Of a DNA stretch of 64,000 nucleotides, positions 48,459-56,647 are shown in pieces. Position 1 is the first letter of the stretch, and the number at the start of each line of letters is the position of its first letter. Made by a program: the position numbers and the translations under genes. Origin of the DNA: Escherichia phage Phi1. Where the stretch lies: sequence record EF437941; one strand, given 5' to 3'. Below the pieces are notes generated by a model. That model saw nothing but the letters and a program-made list of their open reading frames with translations, was not told the DNA's origin and made no database searches.

Positions 48459-49055
48459 TTATTTGGTAGTACCGTCAATAAAATGTTTACGGCACACAGA
48501 AACATATTTATCCTCTGCACCAACTTCTATTTGAGCACCATCGCGAATAACATTACCATCTTTATCTACTCGAAGGACCATTGTTGCTTTCTTGCCACAA
48601 TGACAAATACCCTTCATTTCGACCAGCTTATCGGCAAATGCCATTAATGCCGCAGATCCTTCAAATAGATTGCCCTGAAAGTCAGTGCGAAGGCCATAGC
48701 ACAGTACAGGGATATTTGCATCATCAACAAGCGCACACAAGCCTAAAACATGCTCTTTAGTCATAAATTGGGCTTCGTCTACAAAAACTGCATCTGGACG
48801 CCATCGATCCGGTCTACGCTTACCTAACGATTCACGATAAACCAAGTCGAAAAGATCATCAGATTTAGTGAAGGTGATCGCTGGAGCACTTAGGCCAATT
48901 CGGGAAACGACTTCACTTTCTGAATCTCGATTATCAATCGCTGGCTTAAGAATTAATACTCGCATATCACGTTCGGTATAGTTATAAGCACTTTGTAATA
49001 GGGAAGTTGATTTGCCAGCGTTCATAGATGCATAGTAGAAATATAATTGCGCCAT
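48459..49055 (-). CDS. tk: thymidine kinase
   Basis: 198 aa; P-loop MNAGKST, VDEAQF, zinc ribbon CHCGKKA ... CRKH. Confidence 0.9.
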   Translation of the reverse strand: MAQLYFYYASMNAGKSTSLLQSAYNYTERDMRVLILKPAIDNRDSESEVVSRIGLSAPAITFTKSDDLFDLVYRESLGKRRPDRWRPDAVFVDEAQFMTKEHVLGLCALVDDANIPVLCYGLRTDFQGNLFEGSAALMAFADKLVEMKGICHCGKKATMVLRVDKDGNVIRDGAQIEVGAEDKYVSVCRKHFIDGTTK

Positions 49056-49348
49056 TAATTAATCTCCAAAAATCCAGCAAGACCTAAACCGATATAAGTC
49101 CATATACCAATAAAAAAGATGTTAATGCTCATGGCAAGGATAAACCCTTTCAGCGTTTTGGGATACCCAACCCAATATTCCCGACCATCTTCTAACCGGA
49201 TCAACTTATTGCCTTGCGAGTCCATATCAACTACAACATGTTTATTTCGAGATTGCACTAGATATTGTTTTACAATCTCTACACCCGCCATAATAACAAT
49301 AACGAAAATAAAAGTCCACACAACAAGATTAATGATAGTCTCAAGCAT
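49055..49348 (-). CDS. hypothetical membrane protein
   Basis: 97 aa, two hydrophobic segments. Confidence 0.5.
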   Translation of the reverse strand: MLETIINLVVWTFIFVIVIMAGVEIVKQYLVQSRNKHVVVDMDSQGNKLIRLEDGREYWVGYPKTLKGFILAMSINIFFIGIWTYIGLGLAGFLEIN

Positions 49349-49391
49349 TTTCTATCACCTCCACCCAATCAGGTGTTTCCTGAAAGACTCC

Positions 49392-49583
49392 TTAGCCTTC
49401 ATGATGGTCGCAACCTTTATTGCTACAGTACATCCACCAATCCCACATTCCCCACGGTAAACGCTGCATATCGTCGTTACAACAAGTGAAGATGATAGGC
49501 CAACCACATCTAACACATCGGCAGTTTTCTTTCATGTGAGCGGTATTAGGCTTCTTCATAGATGACTCCAATATAATCGACAT
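49392..49583 (-). CDS. Cys-rich small protein
   Basis: 63 aa; CRCVRCG ... CCND ... CSNKGC. Confidence 0.4.
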   Translation of the reverse strand: MSIILESSMKKPNTAHMKENCRCVRCGWPIIFTCCNDDMQRLPWGMWDWWMYCSNKGCDHHEG

Positions 49584-49786
49584 TTACATTTAGGGCAATG
49601 CGGTTCTTTAATATAATACCCGTCTGTCTTTGGAACACTAACAGGAGCGGTTTTTATATTATATTCAGTGAAACAACGAAAACAAGTTACGTTTTCTACA
49701 GACTGACGTTTCACCCAATCACCGGAATATAGATCATTTTTATTTGTCATATTCAACCACCACAATGTTAATGTCTGGAGTAGCAA
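49556..49786 (-). CDS. Cys-rich small protein (zinc-ribbon-like)
   Basis: CFRCF ... CPKCKC. Confidence 0.4.
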   Translation of the reverse strand: MLLQTLTLWWLNMTNKNDLYSGDWVKRQSVENVTCFRCFTEYNIKTAPVSVPKTDGYYIKEPHCPKCKCRLYWSHL

Positions 49787-50195
49787 TATTAATAATCTCT
49801 TCTACACATTCCCACTCAAGGCCACCGATACCGCAACCGATTTTAGGAATATAGAAAGGCTGTATAGCACCTTCAAAAACATCATTGAGAGACTCAAATC
49901 CTTTCAGGATAGCACCATATTCAGCATTTGGACCCGGTCGGAATTGGGTATAGAGATTCACCCCGCACCAGTTATAACCATTAACTTGATGCGTCCAGAT
50001 ACTAAACCCACCCAACTTTTCTACCTTACCGCGAGAAGTTTGCTTGTCAATCTCTAACGCTTGCGGGAACTCTTTCGCGATCTTTGCAGCAATACCAGCG
50101 CCCATAGTATGAAAACAATTACAACCATGAATTAAATGACCGTTTCCTTGTTTAAACAGGGCGATGAGATCGCCCTTTACAGTATCAATAATCAT
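49740..50195 (-). CDS. macro domain protein (ADP-ribose binding/processing)
   Basis: 151 aa; HGCNCFHTMGAGIA and GCGIGG motifs typical of macro domains. Confidence 0.65.
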   Translation of the reverse strand: MIIDTVKGDLIALFKQGNGHLIHGCNCFHTMGAGIAAKIAKEFPQALEIDKQTSRGKVEKLGGFSIWTHQVNGYNWCGVNLYTQFRPGPNAEYGAILKGFESLNDVFEGAIQPFYIPKIGCGIGGLEWECVEEIINIATPDINIVVVEYDK

Positions 50196-50210
50196 AATAT
50201 AAACCTCTCA

Positions 50211-50570
50211 TTAGTCACGGGAAGACAACCCAGCCATAAAACGGCTTAACAGTGTGTCGCGATAAGCAAAGCATAATTGCTTATCAGGGGCAGTATCACA
50301 CAGGTTGCGTTTTGTTTTAGCAAAGCTGGCAATACTCAGATCCCATGCTCGATTTTTTCGTTTTTCGTCTCGACCTTGTTTGTATGCTTCATCAAGTTCG
50401 AGCGCGATAAAATCACTACACATGTTATCATCATCACAGAAAGTTTTAATTATCTTTTTGTTGATCTCAAATCCTTTGTATTCGAACTTTGGATAAGGGC
50501 GCTCATTACTAGCAAGCGCACCAGCCGAGAACATCATAGCAATCATAGCAATTATTGTCAACTTTTTCAT
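50211..50570 (-). CDS. secreted/periplasmic hypothetical protein
   Basis: 119 aa; N-terminal signal peptide (MKKLTIIAMIAMMFSAGALA), four Cys. Confidence 0.5.
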   Translation of the reverse strand: MKKLTIIAMIAMMFSAGALASNERPYPKFEYKGFEINKKIIKTFCDDDNMCSDFIALELDEAYKQGRDEKRKNRAWDLSIASFAKTKRNLCDTAPDKQLCFAYRDTLLSRFMAGLSSRD

Positions 50571-50577
50571 ATATTCC

Positions 50578-51168
50578 TCAATAGCGTTTAGTCTTAAGAA
50601 TGCCTTTACTCTTTAGATGGTTAGCCTTTTTTAGTACGTCATCAGCATAACCTAATCCGGCTTTATAGTTCCATCCAGCATTGTAAGAAGCTAGCGCGAG
50701 TCGGATATTACCGTTTCGAATATCCAGCCAGTATGCTAACTCATCCATCGCGTAGAATGCAGAAACCTCGCGATTCATGATAAAGTTGATAGTCTGGCGA
50801 TCACTCATTTTAACACCACGCTTTGCATTTTTCGCTTTCACCGTTTTAAGGTAATTTTGAAATAATCCATAAGCATGATGATTTTTCTTTGGTGCTAAGT
50901 TTGCACCCGCGCTTGATTCTTGCCATGCGATACCCGCTAGGATGTGGCCTAAACCCTTTCCGTTATAGCGAATATTCGGATGGTACTTTTTCAACTTACC
51001 GCTTTTCTCGAATTGCTCGCCGTATTGATAGGCGAAATGTAAATTATCTAGTTGGTGTGCTGTAAAGTTGTCTATCGGCGCTTTTTTGATCGGTGCGCTA
51101 GTCGATGCGTGTGTAGCACCAACGGCTAGTGACAGACTCAATACTATCGCTTTTAGAACTTTTAACAT
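50578..51168 (-). CDS. soluble lytic transglycosylase-like protein with signal peptide
   Basis: 196 aa; signal peptide; SLT motifs GIAWQES (catalytic Glu) and SYNAG. Confidence 0.65.
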   Translation of the reverse strand: MLKVLKAIVLSLSLAVGATHASTSAPIKKAPIDNFTAHQLDNLHFAYQYGEQFEKSGKLKKYHPNIRYNGKGLGHILAGIAWQESSAGANLAPKKNHHAYGLFQNYLKTVKAKNAKRGVKMSDRQTINFIMNREVSAFYAMDELAYWLDIRNGNIRLALASYNAGWNYKAGLGYADDVLKKANHLKSKGILKTKRY

Positions 51169-51204
51169 TAATTTCTCCTGTTTGGCTTAACTTTCTGATT
51201 CCAT

Positions 51205-51231
51205 AATATAGCCCTATCACCAGAAAGTCAA
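51205..51231 (-). promoter_or_regulatory. promoter (TTGACT-N15-TATATT; possible MotA-box-like TGCTTGA)
   Basis: minus strand AATGCTTGACT...TATATT upstream of SLT gene. Confidence 0.35.
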
Positions 51232-51254
51232 GCATTATTTTTAACCAATTTCCA

Positions 51255-51677
51255 TTATTGGTCTACCTTCAAAACAACCGCCGACATTTTACCCGCCAGT
51301 CGTTTTGGATTCTCTATAATCATTCGGCAGCATAGACCGTGATATGGCTTACCCTCTTCGATTAGATCTACTGTCATCCCGATCCACATGTTACCGTCAG
51401 TAATTTCTAATCGATTAGGTCGGTCTTCCATTTTCAGGAAGTCGAAGATCTCCGGCAAACGAGTTTCTATCTTATTGAATAGTTCCATTGTCTTATGTTC
51501 ATCAATATGACGATCGGTTAGACGGTCGATCATATGCGGACTAAAGCGAATGAAAATATACTCACCATAACCATCATTCAAGCACTTTTCTTTGATCTTC
51601 GCATTGGTTTTGCGCATTTCGGTTTCGAAGAATCTACGCAGCTTACTACGGCGAACATGTACGTTAATTGTTTCCAT
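51255..51677 (-). CDS. regB: RegB site-specific endoribonuclease
   Basis: RRSKLRRFFETE, RLEITDGNMWIGMTV, CRMIIENPKRLAGK match T4 RegB as remembered; start at ATG after AAGGA. Confidence 0.85.
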   Translation of the reverse strand: METINVHVRRSKLRRFFETEMRKTNAKIKEKCLNDGYGEYIFIRFSPHMIDRLTDRHIDEHKTMELFNKIETRLPEIFDFLKMEDRPNRLEITDGNMWIGMTVDLIEEGKPYHGLCCRMIIENPKRLAGKMSAVVLKVDQ

Positions 51678-51681
51678 TTTA

Positions 51682-52017
51682 TTATCCTTTCTTAAACAAA
51701 TTGCGAATCCAGTATACAAACGGGATTTCTTTAAACTTGAATTTCTCTATAGTTAATTCTTTAGTAGCAAGATGAATACCATAAGCATCATGTGTCACGA
51801 TATGCCATTTTCTATAGTCCAAATGTGAACAACCGTCTGGATCTAGGTTAATAAGAGTTTCTCGCTCACTAGGATTATTTTTCCACAATTTTGTAATAGG
51901 ATCGCACATAATTCGACCTAGCGTACCATGAATAATCTCACAACGGTAAAGTTTTCCAGCAGTGAGATAGGCGCACCCGTCATAGTCGGTATAAACAAAC
52001 ACTTCTTTAACACTCAT
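51682..52017 (-). CDS. paralog family C protein
   Basis: DGCAYL ... DPDGCSHLDYRKW; internal ATG after AAGGAG. Confidence 0.5.
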   Translation of the reverse strand: MSVKEVFVYTDYDGCAYLTAGKLYRCEIIHGTLGRIMCDPITKLWKNNPSERETLINLDPDGCSHLDYRKWHIVTHDAYGIHLATKELTIEKFKFKEIPFVYWIRNLFKKG

Positions 52018-52045
52018 TTTAATACTCCTTTGTTTCGATGGGGGT

Positions 52046-52074
52046 ATATTACTACCCCCGTTTTGTTGTGTCAA
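52046..52074 (-). promoter_or_regulatory. early promoter (PeSL-type)
   Basis: TTGACA-N17-TAATAT within GGGGGTAGTAATATACCCCC hairpin. Confidence 0.5.
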
Positions 52075-52320
52075 CTACTTTTTCAAGATTTTTTTAATTG
52101 CGTTCCAAAGACCTTTATTCTCAGGTTGTTTTGGTTCTTCGATCAGTGTCCAGGTTCGACCGTCTAAGTGTGCACAATTTTTAAGACAAATAAAAATCTG
52201 GTGTCCCTTATCATCACGGATATAACCACTATTCGCAAATCTTTCATGTGGTGTATATTCATACAGTGTATTTGGTGTAATATACTTGCGGTTACTATAA
52301 GGTGTCATCACATACATCAT
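52075..52320 (-). CDS. paralog family C protein
   Basis: NCAHLDGRTW motif. Confidence 0.5.
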   Translation of the reverse strand: MMYVMTPYSNRKYITPNTLYEYTPHERFANSGYIRDDKGHQIFICLKNCAHLDGRTWTLIEEPKQPENKGLWNAIKKILKK

Positions 52321-52511
52321 GGTACTAACTCCCATTTATCACCGCGAAGATGAGAACATCCACCATCAAGAAGGATCGTAATACGAAACCCCGCATCATC
52401 TTCAATATACCCGATAGTCGGTGGATATTCGTCGTCTCGTGCCGGGGTAAAATCATACATCTTTCCCGGTGTGATATCAGTGCCTTTATTGCTATTGGTA
52501 TAAACTTGCAT
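52317..52511 (-). CDS. paralog family C protein
   Basis: GGCSHLRGDKW motif. Confidence 0.5.
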   Translation of the reverse strand: MQVYTNSNKGTDITPGKMYDFTPARDDEYPPTIGYIEDDAGFRITILLDGGCSHLRGDKWELVP

Positions 52512-52532
52512 TTTCTTAATCTCCTATATTAA

Positions 52533-53231
52533 CTAACCACGGGTATAGTGTTCCAGAACAACTGTCAGATGAATATATTCTAATAGATCTTTCCAAAAGT
52601 CAACATCTGGTTCTTCCGGCATACCGTTTTTCTTTGCCTCTTCACGAGCGAGTTTAACACGCTCGTAGAGATCTTTCAATTCTTCCCGCACATTATCAAA
52701 GGTTCTTTCTCCTAACTTACACGCTAAAATAGAAGAACGTCGCGCGAGCGGGAATTGTAGATCACCTGTCTGATAGATTTCAAGTAGCTGATAACCAACA
52801 CGCAGAGCATGAGAAAGATCTTTCCAGTTACTGAAATACTTTTCAGATTTGGCTACCTGTTTCTTGAGATAACCAGACAAACCCCACATCCCAACATGAT
52901 AGAATTTATCGCGATGTGTTCGGATGTATTCCCATTCTCTGGAGGATTCGATCAACATGTTACTAGGAGCGTGCACCATGTCAATAGCGCCGATATCACC
53001 TTTACATGCCAGATTGATAAACCGTTTTAGACTGAACATATTAACGTCAATATCGTCTTTGGTGTTCTTGATACCTTGACCGCTAGTGCTTTGGTCATAG
53101 TGTTCTTTCATCGATCCTAAGATAATTTCTTTCGCAGTCGGAACAAAGATACCACGATAATCTTTATCGGAATTTTCAGTATCAAGGCCGTATAAGTGAG
53201 ATCCGAAGACCATTTTAACCATTGTATGCAT
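52533..53231 (-). CDS. Pol-beta superfamily nucleotidyltransferase (function unknown)
   Basis: 232 aa; N-terminal FGSHLYG-x6-SDKD = G[SG]x(9-13)DxD nucleotidyltransferase signature; helical C-terminal half; GAGGG RBS. Confidence 0.65.
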   Translation of the reverse strand: MHTMVKMVFGSHLYGLDTENSDKDYRGIFVPTAKEIILGSMKEHYDQSTSGQGIKNTKDDIDVNMFSLKRFINLACKGDIGAIDMVHAPSNMLIESSREWEYIRTHRDKFYHVGMWGLSGYLKKQVAKSEKYFSNWKDLSHALRVGYQLLEIYQTGDLQFPLARRSSILACKLGERTFDNVREELKDLYERVKLAREEAKKNGMPEEPDVDFWKDLLEYIHLTVVLEHYTRG

Positions 53232-53275
53232 AATTAAACCCTCAGTTGATTAAGAGATTGCATCATATCATCATA

Positions 53276-53308
53276 AAACGAAAAAGCCAACCCTTTTCGG
53301 ATTGGCTT
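53276..53308 (-). terminator. rho-independent terminator
   Basis: GCCAATCCGAAAAGGGTTGGC hairpin followed by T-run, downstream of grcA-like gene. Confidence 0.55.
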
Positions 53309-53317
53309 GATGAAAAA

Positions 53318-53734
53318 TTAGAGAGATTCGGTAAAGGTACGCGCGATAACGTCACGCTGCTGGTCTGGAGTCAGACTATTGAAGCGCACCGCGTAACCAG
53401 AAACGCGAATTGTAAGCTGCGGGTACTTCTCAGGATGTTCAACAGCGTCCAGCAACATTTCTCGTAACAATACGTTAACATTCAAATGCTGACCACCTTC
53501 GACAACCGGAGCACCATTATCTACAATGACAGGGCGGAAGCTAGTTGTGTGCAGTGCCAGCGAATCGACGTCTTCTGCGGTGATCACATGATCTTCTGCG
53601 AAAGTTTTACTAACAATTACTTTAGCGCCGATCAGTGCTTTCGGTTCGGATACCAGAATCATAGGCGCGAAGTGTCCACCAATAATAGTACCTTTATGCT
53701 CACCTTTCATGATTTGAATTGCTTTAAATTCCAT
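53318..53734 (-). CDS. grcA: autonomous glycyl radical cofactor GrcA/YfiD-like protein
   Basis: 138 aa; C-terminal about 60 aa nearly identical to E. coli GrcA as I remember it ([11 protein letters not shown]...[32 protein letters not shown]). Confidence 0.85.
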   Translation of the reverse strand: MEFKAIQIMKGEHKGTIIGGHFAPMILVSEPKALIGAKVIVSKTFAEDHVITAEDVDSLALHTTSFRPVIVDNGAPVVEGGQHLNVNVLLREMLLDAVEHPEKYPQLTIRVSGYAVRFNSLTPDQQRDVIARTFTESL

Positions 53735-53744
53735 AATTCACCTC

Positions 53745-53870
53745 TTATAGATCAGGACGTTCGTCATTAACTTTTCCAACCAAAACACCATAGAGTTTAT
53801 CAGGTTGGACTTTACGATTCTTTTTAATTGTAGCACGAAATCGACGAGCTACGCTATCTTTATTTTTCAT
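53745..53870 (-). CDS. small basic protein (41 aa)
   Basis: manual translation MKNKDSVARRFRATIKKNRKVQPDKLYGVLVGKVNDERPDL; TAATG overlap with upstream gene. Confidence 0.35.
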   Translation of the reverse strand: MKNKDSVARRFRATIKKNRKVQPDKLYGVLVGKVNDERPDL

Positions 53871-54355
53871 TAGTTGATACCTAAGCCAATGAAAATAGGT
53901 TGGTCTTCTACATTACCCATCCCAACACTAAGTCGATTTACTTCTAAAAACTGCAATACGCTGTCAGTAAATCCGCGCATGGTAGTATCTAGGATAAAAA
54001 TTGTTTTGTCAAGACTACGACCTCGCCATGTGATCGGATTCAGGAAAGTTCGGATCGACGTACAATCTACATTTGAAATATTTACATTTTCACCGCGACC
54101 GCGATCTCGGATCGTTTTGACATGTTCCCGCGTTGTTGAAACGATAAAGACACTATAGCCTTTTCGCGTATAATGATCATATAACTTGATTGTAGCGTCT
54201 GTATGCCCTGTTTGACGGCCTAAATTGATTGAGACGATGGAATCTAGGTCATCAGCAAAATTGCGTCGCTTACGGCGTTCTATGATGCCATTTACGGCAG
54301 ATACACACGCAGCATAAATCAAATCTTTACTTTCTAATTTTACATCAATATTCAT
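53870..54355 (-). CDS. hypothetical protein
   Basis: 161-aa ORF. Confidence 0.5.
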   Translation of the reverse strand: MNIDVKLESKDLIYAACVSAVNGIIERRKRRNFADDLDSIVSINLGRQTGHTDATIKLYDHYTRKGYSVFIVSTTREHVKTIRDRGRGENVNISNVDCTSIRTFLNPITWRGRSLDKTIFILDTTMRGFTDSVLQFLEVNRLSVGMGNVEDQPIFIGLGIN

Positions 54356-54417
54356 GGTAAAGTCTCCAGTGAACGGGGAGAGATCCTTAGATGGTCTCCC
54401 CGTTGATGGTTAATATT

Positions 54418-54807
54418 TTATTTTTGGTCTGGGTATTTGCTGTGTGGTAATTGTAGATGAGGACCATCTTTAAACGATACCCAATCCCCACCCCATTCAA
54501 CAGGAACACCCAATTCTCGACCAGCTTGTTTAAATGCATCAGCGATCATGCGGTAATATTTCATATTCCATGTATCTTTATCTTTCGGATACGCTACAAC
54601 GTCAACCGCGAAACCGTGAAGATGACGAGATTTCATAGTCTTAGATTTACCTTCCGCAACATATTTCTTTTGCGTTGCGAGACTACGCACACCTTCCGTA
54701 ATACCAAAATCGACCGGAGTCAGTTCTAACGCACGATGAACGACTTTTACCAGGTCTGGATGTACACCAACAAGCCGATCTTTGCTTCTTTGAGATAATT
54801 TAAACAT
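54418..54807 (-). CDS. endolysin, L-alanyl-D-glutamate peptidase (peptidase M15/VanY-like)
   Basis: 129 aa; SRHLHGFAVDV zinc-binding motif (SxHxxGxAxD) and C-terminal His; occupies the position of lysozyme e. Confidence 0.8.
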   Translation of the reverse strand: MFKLSQRSKDRLVGVHPDLVKVVHRALELTPVDFGITEGVRSLATQKKYVAEGKSKTMKSRHLHGFAVDVVAYPKDKDTWNMKYYRMIADAFKQAGRELGVPVEWGGDWVSFKDGPHLQLPHSKYPDQK

Positions 54808-54835
54808 TATTCACCCCCTTTGTGAGTGATAATAT

Positions 54836-55027
54836 TTAGATTCCGGCGATCCTGCATAGAGTTCTTGTATTAGCACCAATAAGGATAGCATTAACGACAA
54901 CCATTCCCCAATCAACCCACGGATTATTATAAATGTTAAATCCGTTTGTTAGGCCAAATACAAGCATTCCAGTACACATACTCAGAGCAACAATCAACAT
55001 CACGGTAAAACCAAATGCAAATCTCAT
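54836..55027 (-). CDS. small membrane protein
   Basis: 63 aa, two hydrophobic helices. Confidence 0.45.
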   Translation of the reverse strand: MRFAFGFTVMLIVALSMCTGMLVFGLTNGFNIYNNPWVDWGMVVVNAILIGANTRTLCRIAGI

Positions 55028-55028
55028 A

Positions 55029-55295
55029 TCATTTTCCTTTTCTCTGTTTACGTTTATAAAAGTAATACATTACATCATCACGTCCGGTGATCCAACATGC
55101 TAGGGCAGTAAACAGGTTTACAATTCCCAACACACCTACTGACGCGGCGCTGTCAACAGACATAGGAACAGTAAAGGCCATAGCTAACATAGCAACGCCA
55201 CAAATGACATTAAGCACCATTATAATAAGACCGAAGAAAACCATTGTCAATCCTCCCAAATAAGAAAACCAACAATCACGCCAGTGATAAGACAT
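55029..55295 (-). CDS. small membrane protein
   Basis: 88 aa, hydrophobic. Confidence 0.45.
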   Translation of the reverse strand: MSYHWRDCWFSYLGGLTMVFFGLIIMVLNVICGVAMLAMAFTVPMSVDSAASVGVLGIVNLFTALACWITGRDDVMYYFYKRKQRKGK

Positions 55296-55438
55296 GATGC
55301 GCCGCTAATAAGACAACCCGCGCCAAGTGATTCCCACCAGATCAGAGAAGCGACAATAACGCAAAATCCCCAGACTACCGCAATCACAACATAGGCAATG
55401 GTCGCCCAAAACATATATTTGTTCATAATAAACCCCAT
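55247..55438 (-). CDS. small membrane protein
   Basis: 63 aa, hydrophobic. Confidence 0.4.
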   Translation of the reverse strand: MGFIMNKYMFWATIAYVVIAVVWGFCVIVASLIWWESLGAGCLISGASCLITGVIVGFLIWED

Positions 55439-55611
55439 TCACCAAACAAATAAGAAAAAAGCCATATCAACAGAAACGAGGCAATTGATCCGGCAAGCAA
55501 AATGATATTAGAGAATCCGCCGTCTATCCAGGCGACAAAACAGAATACGCCAGTATAGAAGCATAAACCCATTACAAAGCATACTATAAGCAACCATAGA
55601 CAAAACGCCAT
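55423..55611 (-). CDS. small membrane protein
   Basis: 62 aa, hydrophobic. Confidence 0.4.
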   Translation of the reverse strand: MAFCLWLLIVCFVMGLCFYTGVFCFVAWIDGGFSNIILLAGSIASFLLIWLFSYLFGEWGLL

Positions 55612-55672
55612 AGAAAGCCCTCCATCGAGATAAATTAGTGCGGGTAGGGGACTGCACTACCCGCTTTGTTAA

Positions 55673-55831
55673 TCAACGCAGAGCTTGTTCTAGCGCGATC
55701 CCAAACCATCCACAAACAACGCCCATACAGACAGCTACAAGAAGATTCATTCTCTCTTTAGGGATCATTGCAATCATAACAACAACCATACAGAAAGCCA
55801 TTACCATTGAAGTTAACATTTGTTCAACCAT
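55673..55831 (-). CDS. small membrane protein (52 aa)
   Basis: manual translation MVEQMLTSMVMAFCMVVVMIAM... Confidence 0.35.
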   Translation of the reverse strand: MVEQMLTSMVMAFCMVVVMIAMIPKERMNLLVAVCMGVVCGWFGIALEQALR

Positions 55832-55833
55832 TA

Positions 55834-56172
55834 TCACACCTTTAAAGTCATAGACGCATAAACATTAATGCCAGGCCAGTTAGGATCGCAATTATACTCA
55901 ACATCCCACAAATAAAGCGGTTTAGATGTATCAGCCAAGTTTTTAAAATCTTCTACCCACATTTCAATGCTATATGATGGATAAACTAGGCTGTCATATC
56001 CTCCGTAACGTTGGCCTACTGGTCGGTCAGTAAAAACTACCTCAAGATCCGGTAATTCTTTTTCAAGGATAACCGCCAGCGCATAAATCAGACGGTCTTC
56101 CTTGTTACGCTGCCGAAGGACCGTTGTCAGTTGGTTTTTCTGGTTCACTAGCAAGCACCTCCACATTTTCAC
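55834..56172 (-). CDS. hypothetical protein (start uncertain; overlaps upstream ORF by 68 nt)
   Basis: 112-aa ORF. Confidence 0.4.
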   Translation of the reverse strand: MKMWRCLLVNQKNQLTTVLRQRNKEDRLIYALAVILEKELPDLEVVFTDRPVGQRYGGYDSLVYPSYSIEMWVEDFKNLADTSKPLYLWDVEYNCDPNWPGINVYASMTLKV

Positions 56173-56425
56173 AGAATGAAATTTTCACAGACACAATTTT
56201 ACCATAAGTGAAGAATGAATATACATTATCGATATATTCAACGTCACCTACAATCACATCAAACTGCGGATCAGCAACCGCCGCAACATATTCTACCAGT
56301 TCATCAAGAGAATGCAACTTAATTTCATCAATTCGGCTGTATTTGGTTGCATCTTTGATTTTAAAACCACGTTCTTTCAGCTTATCAATTAGAATTTCAC
56401 GCGGAGTTTCAAACAGTTTGCTCAT
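56105..56425 (-). CDS. hypothetical protein
   Basis: 106-aa ORF with GAGGATT RBS. Confidence 0.5.
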   Translation of the reverse strand: MSKLFETPREILIDKLKERGFKIKDATKYSRIDEIKLHSLDELVEYVAAVADPQFDVIVGDVEYIDNVYSFFTYGKIVSVKISFCENVEVLASEPEKPTDNGPSAA

Positions 56426-56446
56426 AATATAATCCTCACATTAAAT

Positions 56447-56647
56447 CTAAAATTTGTTAACGACGAATTGCATAATTAGACTAATCACAAACATTGCAAA
56501 CCAAGTATAAATGCAACAGATAAAAGCTACATACAATTCAATCTGGTCAGAGAATACACCGGGTAAAAGCATTAGCAAAATAACAACAGTAAAGACGCTA
56601 GCGATACCCGCAACAAAACCAATATCATTTTTACTAATCGTCATCAA
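56447..56647 (-). CDS. small membrane protein
   Basis: 66 aa hydrophobic. Confidence 0.45.
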   Translation of the reverse strand: MMTISKNDIGFVAGIASVFTVVILLMLLPGVFSDQIELYVAFICCIYTWFAMFVISLIMQFVVNKF

